NCBI GenBank assembly: GCA_043228905.1
Contig: JBHGNT010000098.1
Span: 1 to 64,000 of the forward strand
Reading direction: 5' to 3'
DNA: 64,000 nucleotides
Source: Azolla caroliniana
Lineage: Eukaryota > Plantae > Polypodiophyta
Below, one piece after another: positions 25,440 to 35,793 of this stretch (positions are counted from its first letter, which is position 1; the number at the start of each line of letters is the position of its first letter). Under the pieces are notes generated by a model. It did not search any database and was not told where the DNA came from. It was given only the letters and a program-made list of their open reading frames with translations. The translations under genes and the position numbers were made by a program.

Positions 25440-26600
25440 GTAAGAGCCAATGTCGTGCGCAACGGCTCCCGAAGTCAGGCAAGGAACGTATCTTTTAGAT
25501 GATTTGCTGACACGTCCTGTGTGAATTGCCAGTAAAGTTCTTGAAATAGGAGGGTGAACTGAGAAACCATTTCATTAGGCTCCTGGTCAATGGTATAGAA
25601 CTGGTGGAGCAGTTCATGCTTAGGGATCTCCTGGTGGCATAACTTCAGAAACTAGATGCAGACATCTTGGAATGTGATGAACTCAACAGGATCGTGGCGA
25701 GAATACCAACATGCAGTCGGTTCATCTAGAGAAAGGGTGAATTCTGTGATTTTGGAGGCATCGACCTCCGTAGCGGTGAGGCGTTGCGTAGAATGGTTGG
25801 CTTGCCACGTGCAGAGAAAGGAACGGATGTGGGATTCCGCATCGGGACCGTCCGTGTGGCGGGTATAGGGGTACGACATTGTGTCGAAATGTGGGTCTTT
25901 CGGTAGATCCGGGAAGAGGTTGAACTCGAATTGTTGAGTGATTGTCAGAGGACTCGGAGCAGTGGCGAGATCGGGGCCGATATGTGATTGTGTATCAGGG
26001 ATGACTGGTGAGGACTGCGATTCCGGGAGTTCTAGTGATGCGTGTTGTGTGTGCGCGGATCAGCGGTATCCTTGGATAGCTCGGCATAGCGGGATGGGAG
26101 CCGAGAGAGGGTAAGACGGTTGGGCACCATAATGCTTGGGGTGTCTCCACCGACGTTGTTCGCTATGATGCACAGTGTGAACCAGGTGTGCCAAATTGTG
26201 TTGTCTCCTTTCTTCTCGAAAGCAACACCTTTGATTACTCCTATGATAATCAGGTTAGGGGACTGTGGTACGAGGTGGAAACACAATGAGAAGTCTTGCC
26301 TGGTGATTCCAAAGAAAATAGTCGGCCGTGAAATAAAATCGTAGTACACGATATTACAATTCAGAGATGTAAATTATACTGAGACAGTTATGACCCACAA
26401 CTTATATGTATTACGTAGTTCGAAACGGTATTACACGGTTCAGAGCCGAAGTTACAATCAAACAATACTATCAGTACTGTACATATCTTAGTACTATTTC
26501 GCTAAGCTAATCTTCTCCTCCACCCTTCTTTTGTTTCTGCTCCACGCTTTATAGTTTTCCTTTCCCGCTCGGTGTGTTTCAATCCTTCCTTGTTTTTGGC
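25440..26600 (-). mobile_element. Gypsy gag N-terminal fragment with upstream UTR/LTR remnant
   Basis: MSYPYTRHTDGPDAESHIRSFLCTWQANH..KITEFTLSL is homologous to gag 30145..30612. Confidence 0.7.
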
Positions 26601-26609
26601 TATCTATTT

Positions 26610-27195
26610 CTCCATTGCATGTCAAGTCAATGATGTTGCATTTCCTCTGGACCTATCTTCACATATGCGTCTTCATCCAGTATTTCATGTTTCATTGTTA
26701 GAACATTAAGTTCTATCCCAAATCGGGTTATTCCACCACCACCTCTAGTTCAGCTTGCTGAAGGACCCAAATCTGAAGTAGAAGCTATTTTGGACTCCAA
26801 GATCATCCGCAATAAGTTATACTATCTGGTAGATTTACTTGGATACACGCCTATAGATCGAACATGGGAACCTGCAATGAACGTCATTAATGCCTCTGAA
26901 CTTATACAAGAGTTTCTTCTTCGTTATCCCCATAAACCAAAACCTAGTCCATGCACTGCAATTTGTGACTCATGGAACTCGTCGTCAAAGGAGTAGATTG
27001 GCTTGGATACACGCTTGTAGATCGAGTTACATGGGAACCGGCAATGAACGTCACTAATGCCTCTGAACTTATACAAGAGTTTCATCTTCGTTATCCCCAT
27101 AAACCAAAACCTAGTTCATGCATTGTGGCTCATGGAACTCGTCGTCAAAGGAGGGCATGATGTCAAAAAATATCAATATCAAGATTTGAACTTGT
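26610..27195 (+). mobile_element. Chromovirus 3' end (integrase tail, partly duplicated chromodomain, PPT, start of 3' LTR at 27161); LTR resumes at 46200
   Basis: DSKIIRNKLYYLVD.LGYTPIDRTWEP chromodomain; AAAGGAGGG PPT then TGTCA; TSD CTTGT of the nested Copia joins 27195 to 46200. Confidence 0.8.
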
Positions 27196-28637
27196 TGAAG
27201 AGGAATGCATGGAATATTGCTCGGCCACAACCGAGCCTTGAATCACTTCGATAAGAATGAAACACAAAAATGAGAAGTGGAGAGTACACCCAAAACAATG
27301 CAATAGATGTTTACGTCGAAAACCCTAATAGGGAAAAACCACGGGAGCCCCCAGACTCCAAACTATCACTATAAGAGAAAGGTACAATCAGAGCCTCAGA
27401 TGCAATGACCTCGAGCTCTGTATCTTCGCCAACCGGCAATTACAACAGAGTATCGCTCTATATCTCACACACACTCACTCTCTCTCTCTCTCTATCGCTC
27501 TCTATACAAAAGTTACAACAATATGACAACAACATCTATCTAAGTGATTGTCCTAAGTCATATTTATACTTATATGAACTTAGGGCTATTTACAAATATA
27601 GCCTCAATAGGCTTACTCAAAACATATTTACAAATATGTCTTCTCTTCCGGTTCTCACCGGGTCCACCTAATTCGGCTTCCAGATCTCTTCTGGTTCTCA
27701 CCAGGTCTTCTTCATTCATAACCGGATCCCATCCGGAGGGACAGATTTCCCAACAATCTCCCCCTTCACTCCGGTATGGGATGTCTCGCCAACCCGATCC
27801 GCTTTCGGCACGCGTCTAGCTTGTCGGTTGTCAACACCTTCATCCAGATGAAGCCCTTCATCTAGATTATCTACTTGCCGGCTTCTACAGTTGCCATATA
27901 CTCAGCCTCCGTGGTTGACAACGCAACCGTCTTCTGCAAACTCGACTGCCACAAAACAGCTCCCCCTGCATAAGTCATGACATATCCGGATGTAGACCGA
28001 CTAGTATCCGCATCAGCCGACATTTCCGAATCCGTGAATCCGTCAAGTTTGGGATTACCGGAGCTGAACCAGAGGCACATACTCAAGGTGCCTTTCAGAT
28101 ACTGGAGTATCCACTTGACCAGGTTCCAGTGCTCTCTTCGGGATTGCTCATGAACCGGCTCACCAGTGTTGTTCTCTGACCGGACAAGGCCTAACACAAG
28201 GTGTCACGGAGACACTTCACCAAAGGGTGATTACGGCATAGGATTATGACTCAACGATTACACCGACCTAAGTAGGTTACACGATTAGAGCGCTTTTGTT
28301 AATTACACGCGTAAGATATAACAGTAATTACAGAACGGAAATCAACACAGAAGTATAAACACCATACGCTCTATTAATTATCCGCTCCGATTACAATGGG
28401 GTCCGGGCCTTTAAATAGGTTTCCGGCCCGTAGTACAAAACGGTGCCTATCGCACCTATTCGGGATCCGTCCGGATCTGGAACGGCATACCGTTTCCAGT
28501 CCGTCCGTCCATACTATGCTTATTTACAACCATACTTAATTAATTCCTTCACTCCGTATTTTGGACTCCTTGCCGGCCGGTAACACATGGCACACCCGTG
28601 GGACAGTACCTTGTACGTCGAACCCTTCTCGGCCCCT

Positions 28638-29822
28638 TCATTGTTCACCCAAATTGTCCAAAATACTTTGTTCCAGAGTTTCCAATTGTTCTTCCGGTTG
28701 TGGTTGTTGCGGCTGTGCTTGTTGCTGCTGCTGTGGTTGCGGTTGGGACTGAGACTGCTCCGGCTGCTCTATAGGCGGCTGCTCCGTTTGTTTCTCTGAC
28801 TCCGGCATCCCCGTTTGACTGCTTCCGGTCCGGTCTCCTTCCAGTAACGGTTCCTCATCACTGAGGTTGACCGTAACCGGTTCTCGTGCTTTCTCTTCCC
28901 GGATCCGGGACCTCTCGTAGCTTTCAAACTGGATCTGCGCCTCCAGCTTGTCGTCGTCTAGCTGAGCTACAAGTTGCCGGACTTGCCCTAGTTGGTCCTC
29001 TGCCAAGGCTTGAAAGTCTTCGGCCAGCTCATCTCTTATGCCGGTTAAGTCTTCGGAAGTCAGCATATAGCAATCATCCCCCTCCTTCCGCCGGTTCTCT
29101 ACGTCGGCCCGGAGCAATTGGAGTTCCGCCACGTTCGGGGCCCACTTGGTCCACCATTTGACGGAACCGTTGTCAATCAAGCTCTTGGTCTGGTTCAACC
29201 AGGCCCGCATGATATCCTGGATGCGACTTGCTCCCATTTGCGCTCTACTTTCCACAACTTGTCGTTCCTCCTTCAACTGCTTGATGAGATTAGCCGTATC
29301 CTGCGCCTGCTCTTTGTAGTGCGTTAGCTGCCCTTGATATGTTGTTTGCAGCTTCTGCAGTACCGCCGCCGCTCTTTCTCTTTCCGCCTGCTGTTGCCTG
29401 AGGAGCTCTGTCCGAACCTTCTCTGCCTCTTCCAATCGTCTTCTGGTTTCCGCTAGTTCATTAGCGTATGCCGTTGCGGTCCGATCAACTGCTTGCCGGA
29501 GCTCATCCGTCCGTTCCTTGTGCTCCATTTGCATCCGTTTATACTCCCGGTGCAAGTGCTCAAATTCCTCCGTTTTTTGTTTGAGCTTGCCGTTGATCTG
29601 GCGATGGTTCCGGTCCTCCCGGTCCTTTAGCTGTCGGAGTTCCTCTTTCAGGCGCTCTACTTCTGTTTCGGCGTTTCTCCGGAGCCTGTCCTTCTCTTGC
29701 AGCATTTTCTCCTTCTCCTCCTTGAGCCGGTCGTACGCTTGGTGGCCTTTTCGTAAGCTCTCCTCGGCCCAGCGTAGATTCTCAGTAGTCCTTTTGAGTT
29801 CTGCCTCCGCTGCCGTCTTCAA
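28638..29822 (-). CDS. Coiled-coil retrotransposon extra ORF with Q/P-rich tail, N-terminally truncated
   Basis: 394-aa open frame, E/R/Q/L heptad-like composition, homolog at 19.5-20.6 kb; frame stays open to the deletion junction near 29918. Confidence 0.65.
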   Translation of the reverse strand: MKTAAEAELKRTTENLRWAEESLRKGHQAYDRLKEEKEKMLQEKDRLRRNAETEVERLKEELRQLKDREDRNHRQINGKLKQKTEEFEHLHREYKRMQMEHKERTDELRQAVDRTATAYANELAETRRRLEEAEKVRTELLRQQQAERERAAAVLQKLQTTYQGQLTHYKEQAQDTANLIKQLKEERQVVESRAQMGASRIQDIMRAWLNQTKSLIDNGSVKWWTKWAPNVAELQLLRADVENRRKEGDDCYMLTSEDLTGIRDELAEDFQALAEDQLGQVRQLVAQLDDDKLEAQIQFESYERSRIREEKAREPVTVNLSDEEPLLEGDRTGSSQTGMPESEKQTEQPPIEQPEQSQSQPQPQQQQQAQPQQPQPEEQLETLEQSILDNLGEQ

Positions 29823-29862
29823 CTCTCTTTCGCGGCTCCTCAGCGCTTCTTGGGCAGCTAGC

Positions 29863-30612
29863 TCATCCTTTAAGTCCGCAAGCTCTTGGGCTTGTGCCGC
29901 ATTTCTCTCCGGAACGGTTTAGCAGGTTATACTCGCACCGATCCGTTGTATGACTCTTGGATTGACAAATCACACACTGGGTTCGCATGGTGCACTCCAC
30001 TGCCGAGTGTCCGACATTCAAGCAAATTGTGCATTGAATTGCCTGCCGGAACCGGAGATCTTCATCGGTGGGTAACGCCCGTTGCAGTGCTCCCAGTGTA
30101 AGCCATGAGCTTGACTTTTCCATTTCTCTGACCCGGTCAATGACCTAGTCAATGGTGCTTCCTCGAAAGTCGATCACCGTACACACCGTGCGTAACGGTT
30201 CCCGGAGTGCGTTTAAAAATATCGTCCGTAATTCCTCCTTCGGGGGTGCACGGGCAAGCTGGCTATGCATTCGTTGGAAACGGATGACGAATTGGGGAAT
30301 GCTTTCCCCTGCCTCCTGTCGGATCGTATAAAACAGGCCCACCATTATCGTCTGGTCGACCTCCTTGTGGAAAAAGTGCAAGAATTTTGCTTTTAATTCT
30401 GCAAAGGTTGTGATGGTTGCCGGGTCCTGCGTCCGCCGCCATCGTGCCGCTGGTCCTTCCAACGTGACCCCGAATTCCGCTATCTTCGAGCGTTCTTCTT
30501 CCTCCAGTGTCAATCGCTGGGACGCGTGATTTGCTTCCCATGTCTGCTCGAAGGCATGAACATGCGCTTCCGCGTCCGGATCATCGCGATACTTTGAGTA
30601 TTGGAACGGCAT
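29863..30612 (-). pseudogene. Gag (retrotransposon gag domain plus two Zn knuckles) with in-frame TAG at 30145
   Basis: KIAEFGVTLEGPAARW..LKAKFLHFF..IRQEAGESIPQF; CTICLNVGHSAVEC and CVICQSKSHTTDRC. Confidence 0.85.
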
Positions 30613-33534
30613 GTCGTCGTCCAGTATTAGGCTGCGGTTTAGTGGCGTTTATCGATATCTTTCCGGTTTTCTCTCTTGTTCCACTTCCGGTTCTTTTTCC
30701 GGTTCTTTTTCCGGTTCCTTCACCGGCTCTTCTTCCGGTACCTTCGCCGGCTCTTTCGTTGGTGTCGGTGGCTTTGCTTCTTCCACTTCCGGTGTTGGTG
30801 GGTTGACGGCTTCCGTTTGCGGTTCCGGATAGCCCTAGTCGAACGATTCCGGTTCTGGAGTCGGCACGGTATCCGACCCATCGTCCTCCGGGCCGCCGGG
30901 GGTATCGTTGCTGCTCCGGTAGTTCGTGTGCACGCTGTATCCCCCTTCGGAATCCGATTCGTAGGCTGAAAAGGCTTCTGCCTCGTTTTCTCCGCTTGCC
31001 AGCGCCTCGAGGAGGCGTTCGGTTTCCCGGAGACTACTTAGACCGCTTCCATCGTCCTGGTCACGAGTTTGCTATAACCGAAGAGATTCCTCTGCGACTC
31101 TCCGGATCTCGTTGGAGAACGAACGATCCGAGCGAATTTCGTGCGCTGCTTGCTGGAAAGTCTCACACCGTCTTTGCCGTTCGGCGAGGCGTCGAGCTCG
31201 GTCTGTAACCAAGTCGTGCGTTGGTCTAGTCATCCATTAAGCCGTCGTTCGCTGCGAGAAAGCAGGAATCGTGGTCGCCAAAACTGTGTTGTTCTCTGAC
31301 CGGACAAGGCCTAACACAAGGTGTCACGGAGACACTTCACCAAAGGGTGATTACGGCATAGGATTATGACTCAACGATTACACCGACCTAAGTAGGTTAC
31401 ACGATTAGAGCGCTTTTGTTAATTACACGCGTAAGATATAACAGTAATTACAGAACGGAAATCAACACAGAAGTATAAACACCATACGCTCTATTAATTA
31501 TCCGCTCCGATTACAATGGGGTCCGGGCCTTTAAATAGGTTTCCGGCCCGTAGTACAAAACGGTGCCTATCGCACCTATTCGGGATCCGTCCGGATCTGG
31601 AACGGCATACCGTTTCCAGTCCGTCCGTCCATACTATGCTTATTTACAACCATACTTAATTAATTCCTTCACTCCGTATTTTGGACTCCTTGCCGGCCGG
31701 TAACAACCAGTTCGATTGCATATCAGATATCCGTCCGGGTACATACCATCGCATACATCAAGCTTTTGATGGCAGAGGCATATGGAGTCTTCATTATATA
31801 CGTCTTCTCCACCTTTATCCTCGGGCTTTGTTTTCCAGATAGCTTGCAATTTTCTGGAAGCGTCGATCCAACCGGCTTCGCCTCCGACATGTTGAACCGT
31901 TGAAGCACCTTTGTCACGTACCCTCTCATGTGACACCCACAACAGCTTCTTCGACCGGTCCCGGATTATGTGCATTCCCAATATCTGTCTTGCCGGACCC
32001 AAGTTGTTCATTGAGAAGGTCCGGTTCAGAGCCTTCTTTAGCATCCAAATATTGCCTTGGTCTCGTCCGACAATAAGCATATCATCCACATATAGGAGGA
32101 GTATCAGGAAATCCTACATCTTGTGGTACCCTTGGTCGGTCATGAAGGAGTCGAACTTCCGATACCATTGCCGGGGGGCTTCCTTCAATCCGTATAAGCT
32201 CTTCTTTAGCCGGCACACCAGTTGCTCCTTCCCTTTCTTCTCAAATCCTTCCGGTTGATGCATGTAGATCTCTTCTTTAAGGTCGCCATGTAGGAATGCC
32301 GTCTTGACGTCCAATTGCTCTACCTTGAGGTCCATGCTTGCCGCTATGCTCAATACCGTCCGGATAGATGTCATTTTTACTACCGGGGCAAAGATCTCAT
32401 CAAAGTCCACTCCTTTCTTCTGCTAGAAGCCCTTCACCACGATCCAGGCTTTGTACATTCGTGGATTTCCAGCGTCTCCCGGTTTTAGCTTGTACACCCA
32501 CTTGTTCCGCAGTGCTCTCTTCTCTTTCCACAACTCCTTCAATTCATACGTGTGGTTCTAATGCAGGGAATCCATCTTGTCCTGCATGGCACTCAACCAC
32601 TTGTGGTTGTGGGTGTCTCTCTTTGCTTCTTCGAAGCTTTCCGGCTCCCCCTCATCAGTTAGCAACACATGCTCTGCATCCAGAAATCTCCAGGGGGCTC
32701 TTCTCTCTCAGAGAGGATATCTCCGTCCCTGGTTTCTGACTATCGGTTCCTCCGTTTGTTCTGAATCCGAATCCGATTCGGGATCTTGTCCAGTTCCGGT
32801 GTCTTCTTCTTCTTCTTCTTCTTCGATCGGTTCGGTTTCTTGTCTGTATCCGTCCGGTTCATCGAGTGTCCTCTGGTTGTCAGCCAACATCTGGTTTTCA
32901 ACCAGGTAGGTCCTTGTGTCTGGAGTTGGTCATCTTCTTCTCTGACTCCCAGTCAGTGTCATGATATGGCAAGACTCAAACCCATGACCTTATGCTACAT
33001 GGGTCGAGCTCTTACCATTAGACTATGAATTGTATTTTGTAGGATATTATTTTCATTTATGCTTTATCATAGAAAATTGATGTATATTCCAGATCTCTCT
33101 GGAACATTCTAGAAGCTTCAGGATTATTCCTAAAAACACTATATAAGGAGGCACAAGGCATTGTTTTGAACCAAATTGGTTCAACACCAGTCTTAAGCCT
33201 CTTAGCCGATTTGTACTTATCTTTCATATAATATAAGAGCTGTTGTCATCATCCTATTTCTCTCTCTTTCCTCTTCTCACTTCCTCTCTCTCGGGAATCT
33301 TACGCAGTCCCATCCTCTTAGTACTAATAGTACTACTCTTCTTAGTACTAATTCCATCTCTGCTTTAGTAATATTCCTGACAGTTCCGTCCTCTTAGTAC
33401 TAATAGTACTACTCTTCTTAGTACTAATTCCATCTCTGCTTTAGTACTATTCCTGACAGTTTGAACCAATTTGTTCCTCTTTCCTCCAGCCTACTTGTCG
33501 TTCTCCCTCATCCTCCTATCCTTTTCCCCCTACT

Positions 33535-34689
33535 ATGGCTACTGTTAGCGCCCAAGAATATCAATCCGTGTTCTCCGAGTTACAGTGCCTAAAAGAAAAG
33601 TTTGTTGCCCTGGAACAAGAAAACCAACGGCTGATAGGGAATCTGCAACAAATCGCTCTAGAAAAGCAACAAACGCAACAACATGGGGAGTTAGCGTTAT
33701 GGGTGCAACAACTCGAAGCAGCATTGCAACAACAAGGATCAAGTCCCCAAGGATTTCATAAAGAGCCGAAGATTGGACTTCCTGTGAAATTTGATGGAAC
33801 GCGATCGCAATTCAGGGGATTCCTTAATCAGGTACGATTAGTCCTCCAAATGCATCCTTCCCGATACCCCACTGATGCATCCCGAGTCGGCTTAATAAGC
33901 ACGTTGCTTAGCGGCTCAGCCTTAGCATGGTTCGCTCCGCTTCTAGAAAAACAATCACCCTTGCTTAATAACTTTGAAGATTTTATTAGTGAGTTCAAAG
34001 CCTGCTTTGGAGACACTGACAGCATCAGGATGGCGATCAACAAGATCCAGCGATTGCATCAAGGCGATCGTCCAGCCTCTGCCTATGCGGCGGATTTCCG
34101 CCTACTCGCTTCCGACATACCCTGGTATGATCAAGCACTAATGGAGCAGTTTCGCTATGGCCTGCAAAATGATGTCAAAGATCTACTTTTAACCTTCCCC
34201 GAAGAACCAAAGTCTCTTACGGAGGCAATCAGTCGAGCGGTCCGATGTGACAACCGCCTCTTCGAACGGCGTTCAGAACGTCAATTACAGATACCACGCG
34301 CTAGGCCGGAGCCCACTTACACCGCAGTCGCAGCTAGACCATTTGCACGAGACATTCCTCAAGCAAATACTTCGACACCGATGGAGATCGATACCATGCG
34401 TCGACGCGGCCCGTTATCGGAAGAAGAAAAGCAACGACGACGTGCAAATCGATTATGTCTTTATTGCGGTGGACTAAGGCATATCACAATCAATTGTCCC
34501 CATAGGCCAAGAAGACAGGTAAATCAAATTGTAGCCTGTACTAAACCCGAGTCAATTCTTCCCTTAGGAGTGTCTGATAGTATTAATAATACTAATAGAG
34601 TGTTTGATAGTATTCATAGTACTAATAGCCCAAGTATCTCAAATAAATTTCAAATCCTTAGTCAATTAGATGAAGAGTTAAACGATTGA
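33535..34689 (+). CDS. gag: Gag protein (PEG10/Sushi-like) of chromovirus C
   Basis: Intact 384-aa ORF: coiled-coil N-terminus, LPVKFDGTRSQFRGFLNQ, PMEID, Zn knuckle CLYCGGLRHITINC. Confidence 0.9.
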   Translation: MATVSAQEYQSVFSELQCLKEKFVALEQENQRLIGNLQQIALEKQQTQQHGELALWVQQLEAALQQQGSSPQGFHKEPKIGLPVKFDGTRSQFRGFLNQVRLVLQMHPSRYPTDASRVGLISTLLSGSALAWFAPLLEKQSPLLNNFEDFISEFKACFGDTDSIRMAINKIQRLHQGDRPASAYAADFRLLASDIPWYDQALMEQFRYGLQNDVKDLLLTFPEEPKSLTEAISRAVRCDNRLFERRSERQLQIPRARPEPTYTAVAARPFARDIPQANTSTPMEIDTMRRRGPLSEEEKQRRRANRLCLYCGGLRHITINCPHRPRRQVNQIVACTKPESILPLGVSDSINNTNRVFDSIHSTNSPSISNKFQILSQLDEELND

Positions 34690-34731
34690 GTCCAGCCAAA
34701 ATAGGAGCCGTTTGGTTGGACAGCAGCCCTA
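34677..34731 (+). promoter_or_regulatory. Putative -1 ribosomal frameshift signal between gag and pol
   Basis: G TTA AAC heptamer, 6-nt spacer, 11-bp stem 34690-34700/34711-34721; pol is in the -1 frame and open from the slip site. Confidence 0.7.
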
Positions 34732-35535
34732 GATCTATACAGCCCATTAGTGGTTCCATTCCTTCCAAGCAAGTTAGCAATGTGTTCCTAGCCCAAGTCA
34801 TTGTTAGTACTAAAAGTACTCCCCCAGTACCCGTCCTAGCACTTTTAGATTCCGGAGCTAATTCCTGTTTCATGGATCGAAATTTTGCCCAAGCTTCTCA
34901 GATATCCTTAAGAAAACTTCCTTGTCCCGCATCTGTAGTAGTCATTGATGGTCGTCCCATTGCTTCCGGGAATATTATAGAAGAATCAGAACCTATTCAA
35001 GTTGTCCTAGGTAGTTTTGTGTGTGTAATATCATTTAATATAATTGTTGAACACGGTGCTCGGCCACAACCGAGGAATAGGATCAACTCACAGAAAACAG
35101 GAAATACAAAATGCACGAAGACAATAGAGAGAAGAGTACACAGGATGTTTTACGTGGAAAACCCTAAATGGGAAAAACCACGGGAGTCCTCAGACTCCAA
35201 CTATCACTATAAACAGAGATGTACAATGGTGAAGCTACAAGGCAACAACCTTGAGCTCACTGTCTTCGCCACAGGCGGCGGTAATACACAGGGGCAACGA
35301 CCTCTTCGTCTCTCTTTCACTCTCTCTCTCTCGGCTGCTCTCTTCACTCTTGCACACATAAGAGTGGCAATACACAATAGGCAACAACATACAAACAACA
35401 GCACTAAACAGTTTGCCCTAAGTCATATTTATACACATATGACTTTCGGGCTATTTACAAATATAGCCTCAAGGGCCCTTGGCAAACATATTCACAAATA
35501 TGTCCCCGCATCCGGATCTCACTCCGGGTACATTC

Positions 35536-35730
35536 GTCATCCGGCTCCGCAGCCGGGGTCTTCATCATCCGGCTCCGTAGTCGGGGTCTTCATCATCCGG
35601 CTCCGCAGCTGGGGTCTTCATCATCCGGCTCCGTAACTGGGGTCTTCATCATCCGGCTCCGTAGCCGGGGTCTTCATCATCCGGGTCCGAAACCGGGTCT
35701 TCATCATCCGGATCCGGAACCGGGTCTTCA
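35536..35730. repeat. 27-28 bp tandem array in U3 of the Copia D 3' LTR (5+2 units; 2+2 units at 40391-40500)
   Basis: CCGGCTCCGYAGCCGGGGTCTTCATCAT units; LTR length difference 84 bp equals 3 x 28. Confidence 0.9.
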
Positions 35731-35793
35731 TCCCGATTCCCGGACATCCGACCATCCCATCCGGAGGGACCGTAATCCCAACAAACTCCCCCT

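Larger units (their letters stand above)
28167..31705 (-). mobile_element. Young non-autonomous Gypsy derivative (gag plus extra ORF, no pol)
   Basis: Identical 419-bp LTRs 28167-28585 and 31287-31705; TSD ACCAG; PBS TGGCGACCAC (probably tRNA-Arg) at 31280-31271. Confidence 0.93.

Noticed and set aside
27193-27195. TGTTG at 27193 as the Copia LTR start
   Set aside because: TSD CTTGT only matches if the LTR starts at 27196, consistent with the TGA start at 62967
34686-35636. 316-aa ORF as an intact protein
   Set aside because: Chimeric: protease N-terminus reading into the inserted Copia LTR at 35045
35536-35730. CRISPR-like 28-bp repeat array
   Set aside because: Units are head-to-tail with no unique spacers, inside a plant LTR
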